45,646 nucleotides of DNA from a virus: IMG/VR virus record IMGVR_UViG_3300029750_000003, positions 1 through 45,646 of that record; one strand, given 5' to 3'. Below, in pieces: positions 1-8,912 of the stretch. Position numbers and translations under genes: made by a program. The notes beneath the pieces are model-generated. The model was not told where the DNA came from and ran no database searches. It was given only the letters and a program-made list of their open reading frames with translations. Each line of letters starts with the position of its first letter. Position 1 is the first letter of the stretch.

Positions 1-99
1 CCGCCGCCGCCGCCAGCGCCAACCACAACCACAAAAATATCTGTATATTTGCGGTCGAACGTATGGGTGTAGCTCCCTGGCGATGTGTATTCCTTTATC
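1..99. repeat. Exact 99-bp terminal direct repeat, copy 1 (copy 2 = 45548..45646); circular-assembly overlap
   Basis: Compared base by base. The minus-strand ORF starting at 809 stays in frame through the junction into 45547..44935. Confidence 0.95.
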
Positions 100-809
100 A
101 GACTATATCCGATTGAGCCAAGCGCCTGTTCAACACTCGTGTCCACATACTGCTTGTTGGCGGCATCTGCGGAATCAGAAGGAGCGGCCAGATTGGCTAT
201 CTTGTGCCCGGTCATATCCGTGTTTGCTTTAAGTGCAACACCGCTCTCAGAGGTCTGTAGCACCTGCGTCGTGTTGTTGACCAGATTGATGCCGGAAGTG
301 CCGACTGTGATCGCTGCCGCTCCCTCAGCCAGGGGGGCCTCAATCCGGATATTCCCGTTTGGCATCATCTTGATTTGAGCGGCAGAGCCCCCGTGCTTGA
401 TGGCCTTGTCCGCCAGGATGGTGATATCTCCCTGCATCGTCCCGCCAGTCAAAGGCAGATACTCGCCTCCGCCCTTTTGGGCCAGCTCGTCGATCGCCTC
501 TTGCACATTGGTGGCCTCCAGGCCGCTGCCCGTGTTGCTGTAGCCCACATATTCGGCGGAGAGGTCGCCGCCCTCTCCGTCTTCTGTCACCTCAATGGTG
601 TACGGCCCTTCGCCCAGGCTCTCCCCCATCTGCATCGTGCCGCCGCCGGGTATTGAGAGCCAGGGCGCAGCCGTGGCGATAGCGGCTAACTGGGCGGCGT
701 ACTGCTCCAGTGTGGTGCCCGACGGCGGTTCTACTCCCATAGCCTGTAGTGACGCTGCGATACTTGCCTTAGCGGCGGACAGCCGGTCGATTTCGCCCTG
801 AATACTCAT
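1..809 (-). CDS. Tail fibre protein, N-terminal part of a 474-aa ORF that wraps the junction (809..1 joined to 45547..44935)
   Basis: ATG at 809..807 lies six nt after GGAGG. My translation reads MSIQGEIDRLSAAKASIAASLQAMGVEPPSGTTLEQ... and contains TGHKIANLAAPSDSADAANKQYVD. 809+613 nt = 1422 nt closes exactly on the stop at 44935. Confidence 0.8.
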   Translation of the reverse strand, partial: MSIQGEIDRLSAAKASIAASLQAMGVEPPSGTTLEQYAAQLAAIATAAPWLSIPGGGTMQMGESLGEGPYTIEVTEDGEGGDLSAEYVGYSNTGSGLEATNVQEAIDELAQKGGGEYLPLTGGTMQGDITILADKAIKHGGSAAQIKMMPNGNIRIEAPLAEGAAAITVGTSGINLVNNTTQVLQTSESGVALKANTDMTGHKIANLAAPSDSADAANKQYVDTSVEQALGSIGYSLIKEYTSPGSYTHTFDRKYTDIFVVVVGAGGGG

Positions 810-822
810 ACCACGCCTCCAA

Positions 823-1695
823 TCAGATTGCCGCAAGGGCCTCCTCAATGTCGCCCGTCAGGCTCACCGAGCCCCCAGTGGTGTAACCAGCAGGGACGGC
901 AAAGGAGGTTGTGGTCAAGCCGTCAATCTCCCCGGAGACCGCCCCATTGTTTGCCATTGAGCCAGTGACCTTCGCGCCTTTTGCGTAAGCGGTCTTGCCA
1001 TTAAGGATATCCCCGGCAACCGCTGTGCCGTCAGAGGTGTCCACATAAGCCTCCGGGATGGCCGCTACCTCAACGGACGTGAGCACCTTCCCGTCCGTAG
1101 GCTCTACCGTTTGGACAGACTTGTTGGGCGTAACACTCTTCGTCTCCGGGGTGATCTGCACCTTTCCTGTCCCGCTGTGATACCCCTTCGGGATGGTGTA
1201 AGACAGTTTTTCCGGGGTCAGTGTTTCAGTCGCCGCCCCATTGTTTGGCATGGTACCTGTGGTGGTCTTGCCTGCCTTGTCCACAAACACCTTGCCAGTC
1301 AATACGTCAGCGGCGGTAGCCGTAACGGCGGATACGTCCTGGTAGTTCCCGGGGATGGCGGCTACTGTCACATCGGACAGGCCATAATAGCCGGGGTCGG
1401 GCGTCACATTCTGCTGGGACTTGGTTGGCGTGACAGTCTTGCTCTGGAGGTTATAGTTTCCGCCACCGGACACCCCTGACACCGTGCCACTGCCGTTGTG
1501 GTAGCCTTTGGGGATGGTATATGTATCGCCCTCTTGGACAGTAGCAGATACCGCTCCTCTGTTCTCAATTCCATCAATTTCCGTTGCCAGCTTGGTCAGA
1601 TCGTCCGTGCTTGTGCCGATGCCCAGTTCAACGGCCTTTGACCTGATAGTGTTCCGCGCTGTTTGGATTCTGCTGATTTCAGTTGCTACACTCAT
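823..1695 (-). CDS. Tail fibre-like protein with internal repeats
   Basis: ORF track, 290 aa. The N-terminal ~40 aa resemble those of the wrap-around fibre and of 43368..43802. IPKGYH(N/S)G(S/T)G and (M/P)NNGA.. modules are repeated. Confidence 0.7.
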   Translation of the reverse strand: MSVATEISRIQTARNTIRSKAVELGIGTSTDDLTKLATEIDGIENRGAVSATVQEGDTYTIPKGYHNGSGTVSGVSGGGNYNLQSKTVTPTKSQQNVTPDPGYYGLSDVTVAAIPGNYQDVSAVTATAADVLTGKVFVDKAGKTTTGTMPNNGAATETLTPEKLSYTIPKGYHSGTGKVQITPETKSVTPNKSVQTVEPTDGKVLTSVEVAAIPEAYVDTSDGTAVAGDILNGKTAYAKGAKVTGSMANNGAVSGEIDGLTTTSFAVPAGYTTGGSVSLTGDIEEALAAI

Positions 1696-1708
1696 ACTTT
1701 CCCACCTT

Positions 1709-2362
1709 TCAAATTGTCCCTAACAGGATTTCGATATTGCCTACCGTCTCCTGCACCGCGGCTGCGGTAATGGGGAGCGTATTATCACCCTCGTCAAAGC
1801 CGCTTACTGTGTCCACAGATAACGTCCTTGTGTCTCTGTCCAGCTTTAGCCCGTGCCCGATGTTGTAGGATGTACCTCCTCCACCCTCCGGTAAAGGGAT
1901 ATCCGACGCCTCGTACTGGCCGCTATCCGGGTTCCAAATCTCCCAAAACCCATCCAGGCCGGGCCTCGGGGGATGCTGGTTTAGGTCTGTAATGCGCTCC
2001 TCCATCTGCTCAAATTCGGAGGGCAGGGGAGGTGGGAAAGCGTCTACGGCGTTAATGGAGTCATGAACCGTTGCGTAGAATATATTACTGTGCCGCACCT
2101 GCTCCCCGAGGGTGCCTCTGACTTGCATTAAATACTGGCCGTCATCAGCCAGCACGGAGGCCGTCAGCAAGGCGGAGTACACTTGCCCGACGCGCTGGAG
2201 CTGGATAATATTCTTCTGACCGCTCTTCTCCACATCCACCTTTAAGTCCCACTCGTCTGTGAGGTCGGTGGAGATTTCGAGGGCTACAACCTCATTGTCG
2301 CCCTCAAACCCGAGGCAAAATTTAGGCGGGGTACAGATATACCAATCCGTCATGATGAGCAT
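1709..2362 (-). CDS. Tail/baseplate-module structural protein, function unassigned
   Basis: ORF track, 217 aa. Start overlaps the upstream stop (TAATG). Sits inside the fibre cluster. Confidence 0.6.
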   Translation of the reverse strand: MLIMTDWYICTPPKFCLGFEGDNEVVALEISTDLTDEWDLKVDVEKSGQKNIIQLQRVGQVYSALLTASVLADDGQYLMQVRGTLGEQVRHSNIFYATVHDSINAVDAFPPPLPSEFEQMEERITDLNQHPPRPGLDGFWEIWNPDSGQYEASDIPLPEGGGGTSYNIGHGLKLDRDTRTLSVDTVSGFDEGDNTLPITAAAVQETVGNIEILLGTI

Positions 2363-2619
2363 TATGTTTCGCCCCCGTTCATCAACCGTTCTGTCACTTT
2401 GCCGTCCTCCAGCTTGTACCGGGGGATGCCGTCCTCGGTGTAGATGGGCCGCGGGAAGTAGTGACCTTGAGCGTGGTGGTATTTGTCTCCGTAACCTCGG
2501 TCAATCTCCGTGCCCCAATCCCCGCTCACAAAGGCGGAGGAATTGACGGCGGTGATGCGGTTATGTCTATCGGTTTGGACATAAACAATATAGTTTAGGT
2601 CAGGTGTCATTTCGGCCAT
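2362..2619 (-). CDS. Small tail-module protein (85 aa)
   Basis: ORF track. Tightly packed between fibre-like genes. The GYGDKYHHAQGHYF motif is recalled from small proteins next to Firmicutes phage fibres. Confidence 0.55.
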   Translation of the reverse strand: MAEMTPDLNYIVYVQTDRHNRITAVNSSAFVSGDWGTEIDRGYGDKYHHAQGHYFPRPIYTEDGIPRYKLEDGKVTERLMNGGET

Positions 2620-2630
2620 AATGTACTCCC

Positions 2631-3440
2631 TTATAGTTCCGCGGAATTATAATATAGGGTTTGTGCGTTGATTTGGAGTTGACCTTGCGTCGGGTCAATG
2701 CGCATTGTCGGGCGGCAATCCACTGCTTTAGCTGGTCGTTTATCGGCCGCACTGTAAAGTTGAAAATACCTCTGGCATTTCGCTAGCTCCTCGGCATAAT
2801 CCGGCGTCTCGAAGAGCTGCCAGTTGCCTTCCTCGTTTTGGTAGGCTAGAGTTTGGCCGGAGCCAAGTTCTAGCTTGCCTGCAATCAAATTCTTTTCAGT
2901 ATCCGTTAAGATTGAAAATTGAACGTTTCCACCGGCCAAACCAAGCACTGCAATAGTAATGCCGTTTCCCTGATAAGCATTGATACCTATATTTTCGCTA
3001 GTCGCCACAGGGATTGTAACAGTACCGCTAAACAATCCATCCGTTGCTAATATCGAGGCGGTGACAACTTCACCCTGATCAACATTTTGCGTGATCTGGA
3101 ATAGATCACCTACATTGTTGAGTGTCAGATAATCATGGGCAAGCGTAATTACAGATCCAGGTTTGCCGCATTTCCAGCAATCAAAAATAGACCCATATGA
3201 CGTACTATAGCTCGTCTTCCCCCTCTGGTTAACGGGAAACGACCCGCCGCCCTGCTGGGAGCCTCCGCCCACGAAGTACCAGTTATCCAGCAGGTTCCGG
3301 CGGGTGCTGGAGCCCAACAAGGCATCGATCTCCTCACCGCTGTATTTGCTGGTGTAGTATTCGGTTGGTTCTTCTGCCGCTTCTCTGGCTGATAATTTCC
3401 GCTCAAGTGCCGCTACACGCTCCTCCAGAGTCAGTTCCAT
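2631..3440 (-). CDS. Tail fibre / receptor-binding-like protein
   Basis: ORF track, 269 aa. N-terminal coiled coil, then an NLLDNWYF...PVNQRG motif recalled from Firmicutes phage fibre proteins. Confidence 0.6.
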   Translation of the reverse strand: MELTLEERVAALERKLSAREAAEEPTEYYTSKYSGEEIDALLGSSTRRNLLDNWYFVGGGSQQGGGSFPVNQRGKTSYSTSYGSIFDCWKCGKPGSVITLAHDYLTLNNVGDLFQITQNVDQGEVVTASILATDGLFSGTVTIPVATSENIGINAYQGNGITIAVLGLAGGNVQFSILTDTEKNLIAGKLELGSGQTLAYQNEEGNWQLFETPDYAEELAKCQRYFQLYSAADKRPAKAVDCRPTMRIDPTQGQLQINAQTLYYNSAEL

Positions 3441-3449
3441 TTTCTCACC

Positions 3450-5888
3450 TCACACAATTAGCCGACGGCCAAGCTTGTCCAGAACAACGAGGCCATTTCT
3501 GTCTTTCACGGGGCCAGATACCTTTTTTTTAGGTGCGCCATAGTAAACAATTACACATCCATCCGCTCCGTCTCCGCCAGATCCTCCTTTACCACCATGT
3601 CCACCAGAAGAACCATCCGCGGTTGTGTATTTGGTGTATGTTTCCCAAAGCTGAATACGAGACCCACCGCCGCCGCCGCCACCGCCGCCGCCATTTCCTC
3701 CGTCTCCTCCGCATCCGTATAGCGTAGCTATAGACTTTGAATCGCCTGATGCTCCGTTTCCTCCAGATCCGTAAGAAGATGGATTTTGGTCGTTTATCCC
3801 TCCTTGCCCTCCAGGAGAATTATAAGAAGAGCCACCGCCACCACCGCCGCCGTATCCTTTTTGCCATGCAATTCCATAGTTTGGACTTTTGTTTGTCTTA
3901 TAACGATATCCAGGAACGTCTTTAGGGTTTTCTGTGTAATTATTCCCAACAAGTTCTTCTATACGATACTGTGAACTTCCAGACCCAACAAGTGTACAAA
4001 AATAATTAGGGCTTGTACCTGTTGCCTTTATGGTAGCAGATTTAAAGTCGCTTAGCCTCCACTCTCCAGTTTTTGTGTCAAAAGACGACTTTGTATATCC
4101 AGAAATTGTTTCTCCGATTGTAAATCTTGCGGATGAAGATCCTCCATCAACTTCACGCCAACTGTGCGGTGTAGAGCCTCCACTATAACTTCCGGCTTTG
4201 CCCCCAGCGCCACCAGGTATATCTCCTGAATTTTCTCCACTGTCACCTTTCAATAGTTCATAGGCAGTTGATTCCCCTCCGTTTCCTCCATTGGCTCCAT
4301 CGGCTCCGATGTCTCCTGTTTTTGCATAAGTTTCTTTTGTTATGATGTCTGTGTATCCGGCACCTGTCGAATCTCCATCACCACTTGAATAAACCATCCC
4401 ACCTATCGAAATAGTTGTTTCTGTCCCGATAGATCCTTCTGCCCCATTAGCTATCCCTCCAGTTCCTCCAGCCCCACACTGGAATTGAAGGGTCCTATCA
4501 TCTCCGATTTCAAGATCTACTGTAAGAAATTTGCCCCCTCCTCCTCCGTGCCCCCCATTTCCACCAGATCCACCTTTCCCAAAAACTCCAATGCCAGTTC
4601 CGCCATTCGAAGCACTAGCAGATGCACCATCATCACCAGGTTCTCCGTCCATTCCGGCTTGACCTCCGTTACCAGCTCCGATTACGACAACACGCACATT
4701 TACTGCCTGATCAGGTATTTGCCATGTACCGCTACCGGACAAAACAATTCGATTTTCTAATATCTCAACGTCCTCCGTCTGCGGTGGCTTATATCCAACA
4801 AGCATTTTTGAAGTTGACTTTAATGTATTTGAAATGTTAATATCTTCTATTTCAATGCAGGCCGTAACTGGTTCTTTGTTATATGGGTCCCACGTCAACA
4901 CACGGTTTCCTGTTGATTCCCCTTTATAGACAACTGGTGCTTGGATAGATTGAGCATGCTTATAGTAATTTTTCATTCGGTCTGCGACAGCCGCAGAGTT
5001 TATGAGCGATACCAACGTAGCATTTTCAACCTTCTTTACATTCGGCTCTTTGGCTGAAACAATATCACGTATGATTTGGCTTTTGTTGTGTGTATACTTT
5101 GTTCCAGTAAGCCTTCCGGAACCTGAAGATAGTTTTGCGTAGTTGGCTCCACTCTCTAAAATAGTAAAGCCAGATGCGGATAGATTAAAAACAGGCTCTT
5201 CAAATGTGATAATACTGCCTGCTTCTGTGGCCCCTTCAAAAAGTGTAGATGACTCACCAGATTTTATATATTGGTGTTCTGTAACAATTACTTGGGTTAC
5301 TTTGGCCGCGTTAGTGACGCTCGGGCCATGATACATTCGGTCTAAACCAAGGTTCCCGCTAATTCCATCCCAAAGGGCCGCAATCCGAAGAACTCCATTT
5401 AGATCAGTTCGAATAGTTGCGCCAATTGCAAATAGAACCTGTGACAAGTTATCCCTTGCTGTAGCGATAGGCAACCAACCATACAATTTTATGTCTGCTA
5501 AATTTGTTTTGATCTCGTATGGTATTGTGCCGCATATGGAAGCAAGAAGTTCGGATGCAGTCTCTCCAGAGTAGATTCCTCCATAATGCTGATTTTCAGA
5601 TAAAAGCCCAATTGCGCTTGTTGCAGATATCTTATATGTATTAGGGCCATTCCGGTCAATGGATTTCACATAAAACACACCGGTCTGAACGTCATCATAA
5701 AAATAAACAATTGGAGCGTTTCTTTCAAACTCTGTAATTGTTCTGTCCTCAGTCTCAATTACGACTGATAAGGTATTGGCTTCCAGAGAGGAAGATAGAA
5801 GAGATGTTGCAAGATGAAGATTTCCGCTTTTAATTTTGTTGCCCTCAAAAACTCTGTCGCCATACACAATTTTGTTTTTGTTTGCCAT
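3450..5888 (-). CDS. Tail-associated (Tal/hub position) protein with a C-terminal glycine-rich domain
   Basis: 812 aa, immediately after the Dit-position gene. The N-terminal ~380 aa look like phage minor structural or tail-endopeptidase-type regions. From ~aa 385 (GTWQIPDQAVNVRVVVIGAGNGG) the sequence is glycine-rich to the end (..GADGCVIVYYG..). Confidence 0.75.
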   Translation of the reverse strand: MANKNKIVYGDRVFEGNKIKSGNLHLATSLLSSSLEANTLSVVIETEDRTITEFERNAPIVYFYDDVQTGVFYVKSIDRNGPNTYKISATSAIGLLSENQHYGGIYSGETASELLASICGTIPYEIKTNLADIKLYGWLPIATARDNLSQVLFAIGATIRTDLNGVLRIAALWDGISGNLGLDRMYHGPSVTNAAKVTQVIVTEHQYIKSGESSTLFEGATEAGSIITFEEPVFNLSASGFTILESGANYAKLSSGSGRLTGTKYTHNKSQIIRDIVSAKEPNVKKVENATLVSLINSAAVADRMKNYYKHAQSIQAPVVYKGESTGNRVLTWDPYNKEPVTACIEIEDINISNTLKSTSKMLVGYKPPQTEDVEILENRIVLSGSGTWQIPDQAVNVRVVVIGAGNGGQAGMDGEPGDDGASASASNGGTGIGVFGKGGSGGNGGHGGGGGKFLTVDLEIGDDRTLQFQCGAGGTGGIANGAEGSIGTETTISIGGMVYSSGDGDSTGAGYTDIITKETYAKTGDIGADGANGGNGGESTAYELLKGDSGENSGDIPGGAGGKAGSYSGGSTPHSWREVDGGSSSARFTIGETISGYTKSSFDTKTGEWRLSDFKSATIKATGTSPNYFCTLVGSGSSQYRIEELVGNNYTENPKDVPGYRYKTNKSPNYGIAWQKGYGGGGGGGSSYNSPGGQGGINDQNPSSYGSGGNGASGDSKSIATLYGCGGDGGNGGGGGGGGGGSRIQLWETYTKYTTADGSSGGHGGKGGSGGDGADGCVIVYYGAPKKKVSGPVKDRNGLVVLDKLGRRLIV

Positions 5889-5904
5889 CGCCTATCCTCA
5901 CTTT

Positions 5905-6300
5905 TTACGGCTTGACCTGTGCGTCTATCGGAACAAAGCTTACCTCTATTTCTCCCCAATAATTTACGCTACCTTCTACCTTCTCCATGTCTTGAGATGC
6001 GCTAGTATAATACGCCTCGTAGGAGATGGTTGTCTGTCCGTCCGCAGCCTCCAACATAACGCTATCATCGACTGAGTGTTGGTACAGATAGTCCCAAAAG
6101 GTATCCAGCCCTTCGTAATTGTCTCCTCTGCGAAACACTGTAATCTTATGTCCAAGATAGGTTCCAATAACATCACGTATCATTCGACCGGAAAGCACTC
6201 GGCCAGCATTATCTCCATCTAGTACATTGAAACTTCGATTATAAGTCGAAATTGCAACATCTGCGTCAAACTCAATGCCGTTCAATTTGATATAGCTCAT
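5905..6300 (-). CDS. Tail protein in the distal-tail-protein (Dit) position; short, 131 aa
   Basis: ORF track. Abuts the tape measure stop (6301). Confidence 0.55.
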   Translation of the reverse strand: MSYIKLNGIEFDADVAISTYNRSFNVLDGDNAGRVLSGRMIRDVIGTYLGHKITVFRRGDNYEGLDTFWDYLYQHSVDDSVMLEAADGQTTISYEAYYTSASQDMEKVEGSVNYWGEIEVSFVPIDAQVKP

Positions 6301-8892
6301 TTAACCCTCCACCAAATTTACGCCGATACGCTGAACTTCGCTCTGAGTTGCTTGATAAGATACGCGACCAAGCACCTGCTTGTCGATTTCCAAGATAACT
6401 GTATTGGAGCCGCCGCCACCATATCGCTGCATCCCACGGGCAACAGCGGCTTCAATCTCAGATGTTGGAGCCTCTATATTTGTCCCGCTCTTTTGATCTC
6501 CCAGTACGGTGAGGAACTCTTTATTAGGCGGTATGACCGCGCCTTTTGCAAGGGCAGGAACGTCATCAATTGAAAGCCTTGGTACTGACATTCGGCCTAA
6601 GCCTGATCTGGCTGAATAAGAACTCCCCTTCGTACTGCCACTTCCAAGCTTAAGCGCTGTCCCCCCACCTAAAAGTGCAATCCCGGCCAGTATGAATAGA
6701 GGGTTTAATGTCATTGCACCAATAGCGACTAATGCAATTCCAGCAAGCAGCATTGCTGTAGATACCCATCCAGCCACCTCTTCAAGATGTAATGTTTCTA
6801 CCCAACTACGAAACGTCCCACTTTCATTCCCAACGACAAATCCAGCAATAAGGAGTGCACATCCACCTAAAAACATAAGAACGTTCATAGTCATTAGCCC
6901 GATTGCAACAAGCCCGATTCCTACAAGCAAAATTGCAATCGTTACATACTCCATTACTTTTTCAAGGCCTAATGTTTCAACCCAATCCTGCAAATGATCA
7001 TCATTTATTGCGGCAACAATTCCAAGGCCGAGCACCACTGCACCAGCAATTAGCAAAATAAGATTTCCAGTAGCAGCCGCAATAGCTACCATTACGATGC
7101 CTACCAAAAGGATGGCGACAGATACCCATTGAACAACGGTTGTAAGTTTCAGTTTTTCCCACCATGCCATCAGTGTCTGTTCTCCAATTACTTCTGCTGT
7201 CACCCCTGCTCCTAGAAGAACTGCTCCAGCGATAACCATAAAGATATTCCCCATTGCCGCTCCAATACAGATGAGGGCAAATCCAGCTATTTGCATTGCA
7301 GCTGTTACATAGTCAAACGCGGAATCAAGTCCCAGCGTCTTTGCCCAAGATTCAAAAACTCCACTCTCACTCCCTACAAAGACGCCAGTTGCAATCAAAG
7401 AAATACCAGATATAACCATAAGAATATTCCCTAGTCCTGCGCCAATACAAATAAGGGCAAATCCAGCTATCAATAGAGCGGCAGTTATAAACTGGGCTGC
7501 TCTAGAAAGTCCAAGCGCTTCCGCCCAATCTTGCATCATTCCGCTTTGATATGCATAAGCCACAGCAACTCCGATCAAAGCTAGTCCAGCCACAACAAGT
7601 AAAATATTTACAGTTGAAGCTCCAATAGCAACCATGGCGATGCCGCCGAGTATAATTGCCAATAACACAAACTCTTGCACACTATTTAAACCAAGTGCAT
7701 CAACCCAAGACTGTAATTGTTCATTTTCTCCGGAGAAATCAATGCCAGCTCCAAGTAAAAGTAAACCAGAAAGAACCAGCACTAAACTCCCTATAGATGC
7801 TCCTATAGCTACAAGTGCAATACCACCTAGCATTAATGCAATTGGCACCCAAGCAGATACACTCGCCATCATTTCTTGGAGCCATCCGCTATTCATACCT
7901 TCTTGAAAGGCAGAAAAGTCTGGCCCAATATCTTGATTAGAAGATTCACTTTTATTTCTGCTCCCCGAAAGCTGGTTGATTTCATCAAAAGAAGCGAGCG
8001 ATTTCCCGGCCTCCTCAGCCGCCTCACCCGTTTTTTCAAGTGCTTCTGTTTCCTCATACAGATTTTCAGCGGAGTCCGCAGCTTTCTCTGCTGTTGTACC
8101 AAAAAGCGCAGCAGTAATCCGGGCGGCCATTGAAATTATACGGGCCAACATATCGACAAAATTTGTAAATGCTGGTATAATGACCTCAATCATCGGTTGA
8201 GCGAGCGTCAGGAGAGCCCCTTTTAGGCGTGCAATAGACGCTCTAGCCTCGTCATTTGTTTTGATGACTTTCCCCATCCATTCACGGAACTTCGCAAGAG
8301 CTTGTGTAATGACCGTGAATACAAGCGCGCTTCTGATAACTTCACGCATACGAGAAGAAAACTTGCTTGCGCTCTTTTGCGCTCTATCTACTGATTTTGC
8401 CATTTTGGCGGCGGCAGGGCCGGACTTTGCCATGTTCTGCTGGAGCCCTCCGGCTTCCTCTTTTGCCAGGTTCAACTTTCTTTCTAAGCCAGAAATTTTG
8501 GAATCATAATCTGAAAGCGCTTTTTCAGCCTGCCTCCACTCTTTCTCAATTGCGTCAACCTTTTCTTGTTGCTTTTTCAATTTGGAATCGACCATAGGCC
8601 TGTCAGAATAGGCACGCATATAGTCATCAGCGGACGAACCAGGTTTCATGGCGGCATTGATAGCATTCTGTTCGTCCTGGAGCATGGATAACTGCTTCCT
8701 GGCCTCCTCCAACTCCGCATTTACAACGTTGAGGTTTTCTACTAAAGGAAACCTCCCCTGCTTTTTGGACGTAAGTTGATCTTCGAGCGATTGGATTTTC
8801 TTAGCAAGCTGATTCAGCTCTTTTTGTGCTTTCTTATTGTCAATATTGGTTTCAATGACGATGGAGCCGTCAGCGGCCACATTAAACACCAC
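6301..8892 (-). CDS. Tape measure protein
   Basis: 863 aa, the largest ORF in the tail module. Coiled-coil N-terminus (DGSIVIETNIDNKKAQKEL..), long hydrophobic repeat core, C-terminal PALAKGAVIPPNKEFLTVLGDQ motif. GTG start. Confidence 0.9.
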   Translation of the reverse strand: MVFNVAADGSIVIETNIDNKKAQKELNQLAKKIQSLEDQLTSKKQGRFPLVENLNVVNAELEEARKQLSMLQDEQNAINAAMKPGSSADDYMRAYSDRPMVDSKLKKQQEKVDAIEKEWRQAEKALSDYDSKISGLERKLNLAKEEAGGLQQNMAKSGPAAAKMAKSVDRAQKSASKFSSRMREVIRSALVFTVITQALAKFREWMGKVIKTNDEARASIARLKGALLTLAQPMIEVIIPAFTNFVDMLARIISMAARITAALFGTTAEKAADSAENLYEETEALEKTGEAAEEAGKSLASFDEINQLSGSRNKSESSNQDIGPDFSAFQEGMNSGWLQEMMASVSAWVPIALMLGGIALVAIGASIGSLVLVLSGLLLLGAGIDFSGENEQLQSWVDALGLNSVQEFVLLAIILGGIAMVAIGASTVNILLVVAGLALIGVAVAYAYQSGMMQDWAEALGLSRAAQFITAALLIAGFALICIGAGLGNILMVISGISLIATGVFVGSESGVFESWAKTLGLDSAFDYVTAAMQIAGFALICIGAAMGNIFMVIAGAVLLGAGVTAEVIGEQTLMAWWEKLKLTTVVQWVSVAILLVGIVMVAIAAATGNLILLIAGAVVLGLGIVAAINDDHLQDWVETLGLEKVMEYVTIAILLVGIGLVAIGLMTMNVLMFLGGCALLIAGFVVGNESGTFRSWVETLHLEEVAGWVSTAMLLAGIALVAIGAMTLNPLFILAGIALLGGGTALKLGSGSTKGSSYSARSGLGRMSVPRLSIDDVPALAKGAVIPPNKEFLTVLGDQKSGTNIEAPTSEIEAAVARGMQRYGGGGSNTVILEIDKQVLGRVSYQATQSEVQRIGVNLVEG
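6643..7890 (-). repeat. Seven tandem ~60-aa (about 180-nt) hydrophobic modules inside the tape measure gene
   Basis: Protein-level periodicity: W-x-(E/D/K)-x-L-(G/K/H)-L ... GIALVAIGA ... AG..LLG recurs at W337, W396, W456, W516, W578, W637 and W697. Confidence 0.85.
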
Positions 8893-8912
8893 CTTGAGGG
8901 GAGAGATTTACA

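Noticed and set aside
1-99. The identical ends as attL/attR, LTR-like repeats or a biological direct terminal repeat
   Set aside because: The repeat lies inside a coding sequence that reads through it in frame. Integrase and the attP-like region are ~8 kb away. The terminase is of the headful type. An assembly overlap is the simplest explanation, although only read data can prove it.
3450-4736. Glycine-rich arrays as collagen-like or PE-PGRS-like proteins
   Set aside because: The Gly spacing is irregular (GGxGG), not the strict G-X-Y triplet pattern. The only true short collagen-like stretch is in 43802..44308.
823-5888. Diversity-generating retroelement acting on the fibre genes
   Set aside because: There is no reverse transcriptase gene anywhere in the genome, and I could not see a template/variable repeat pair with adenine-specific differences.
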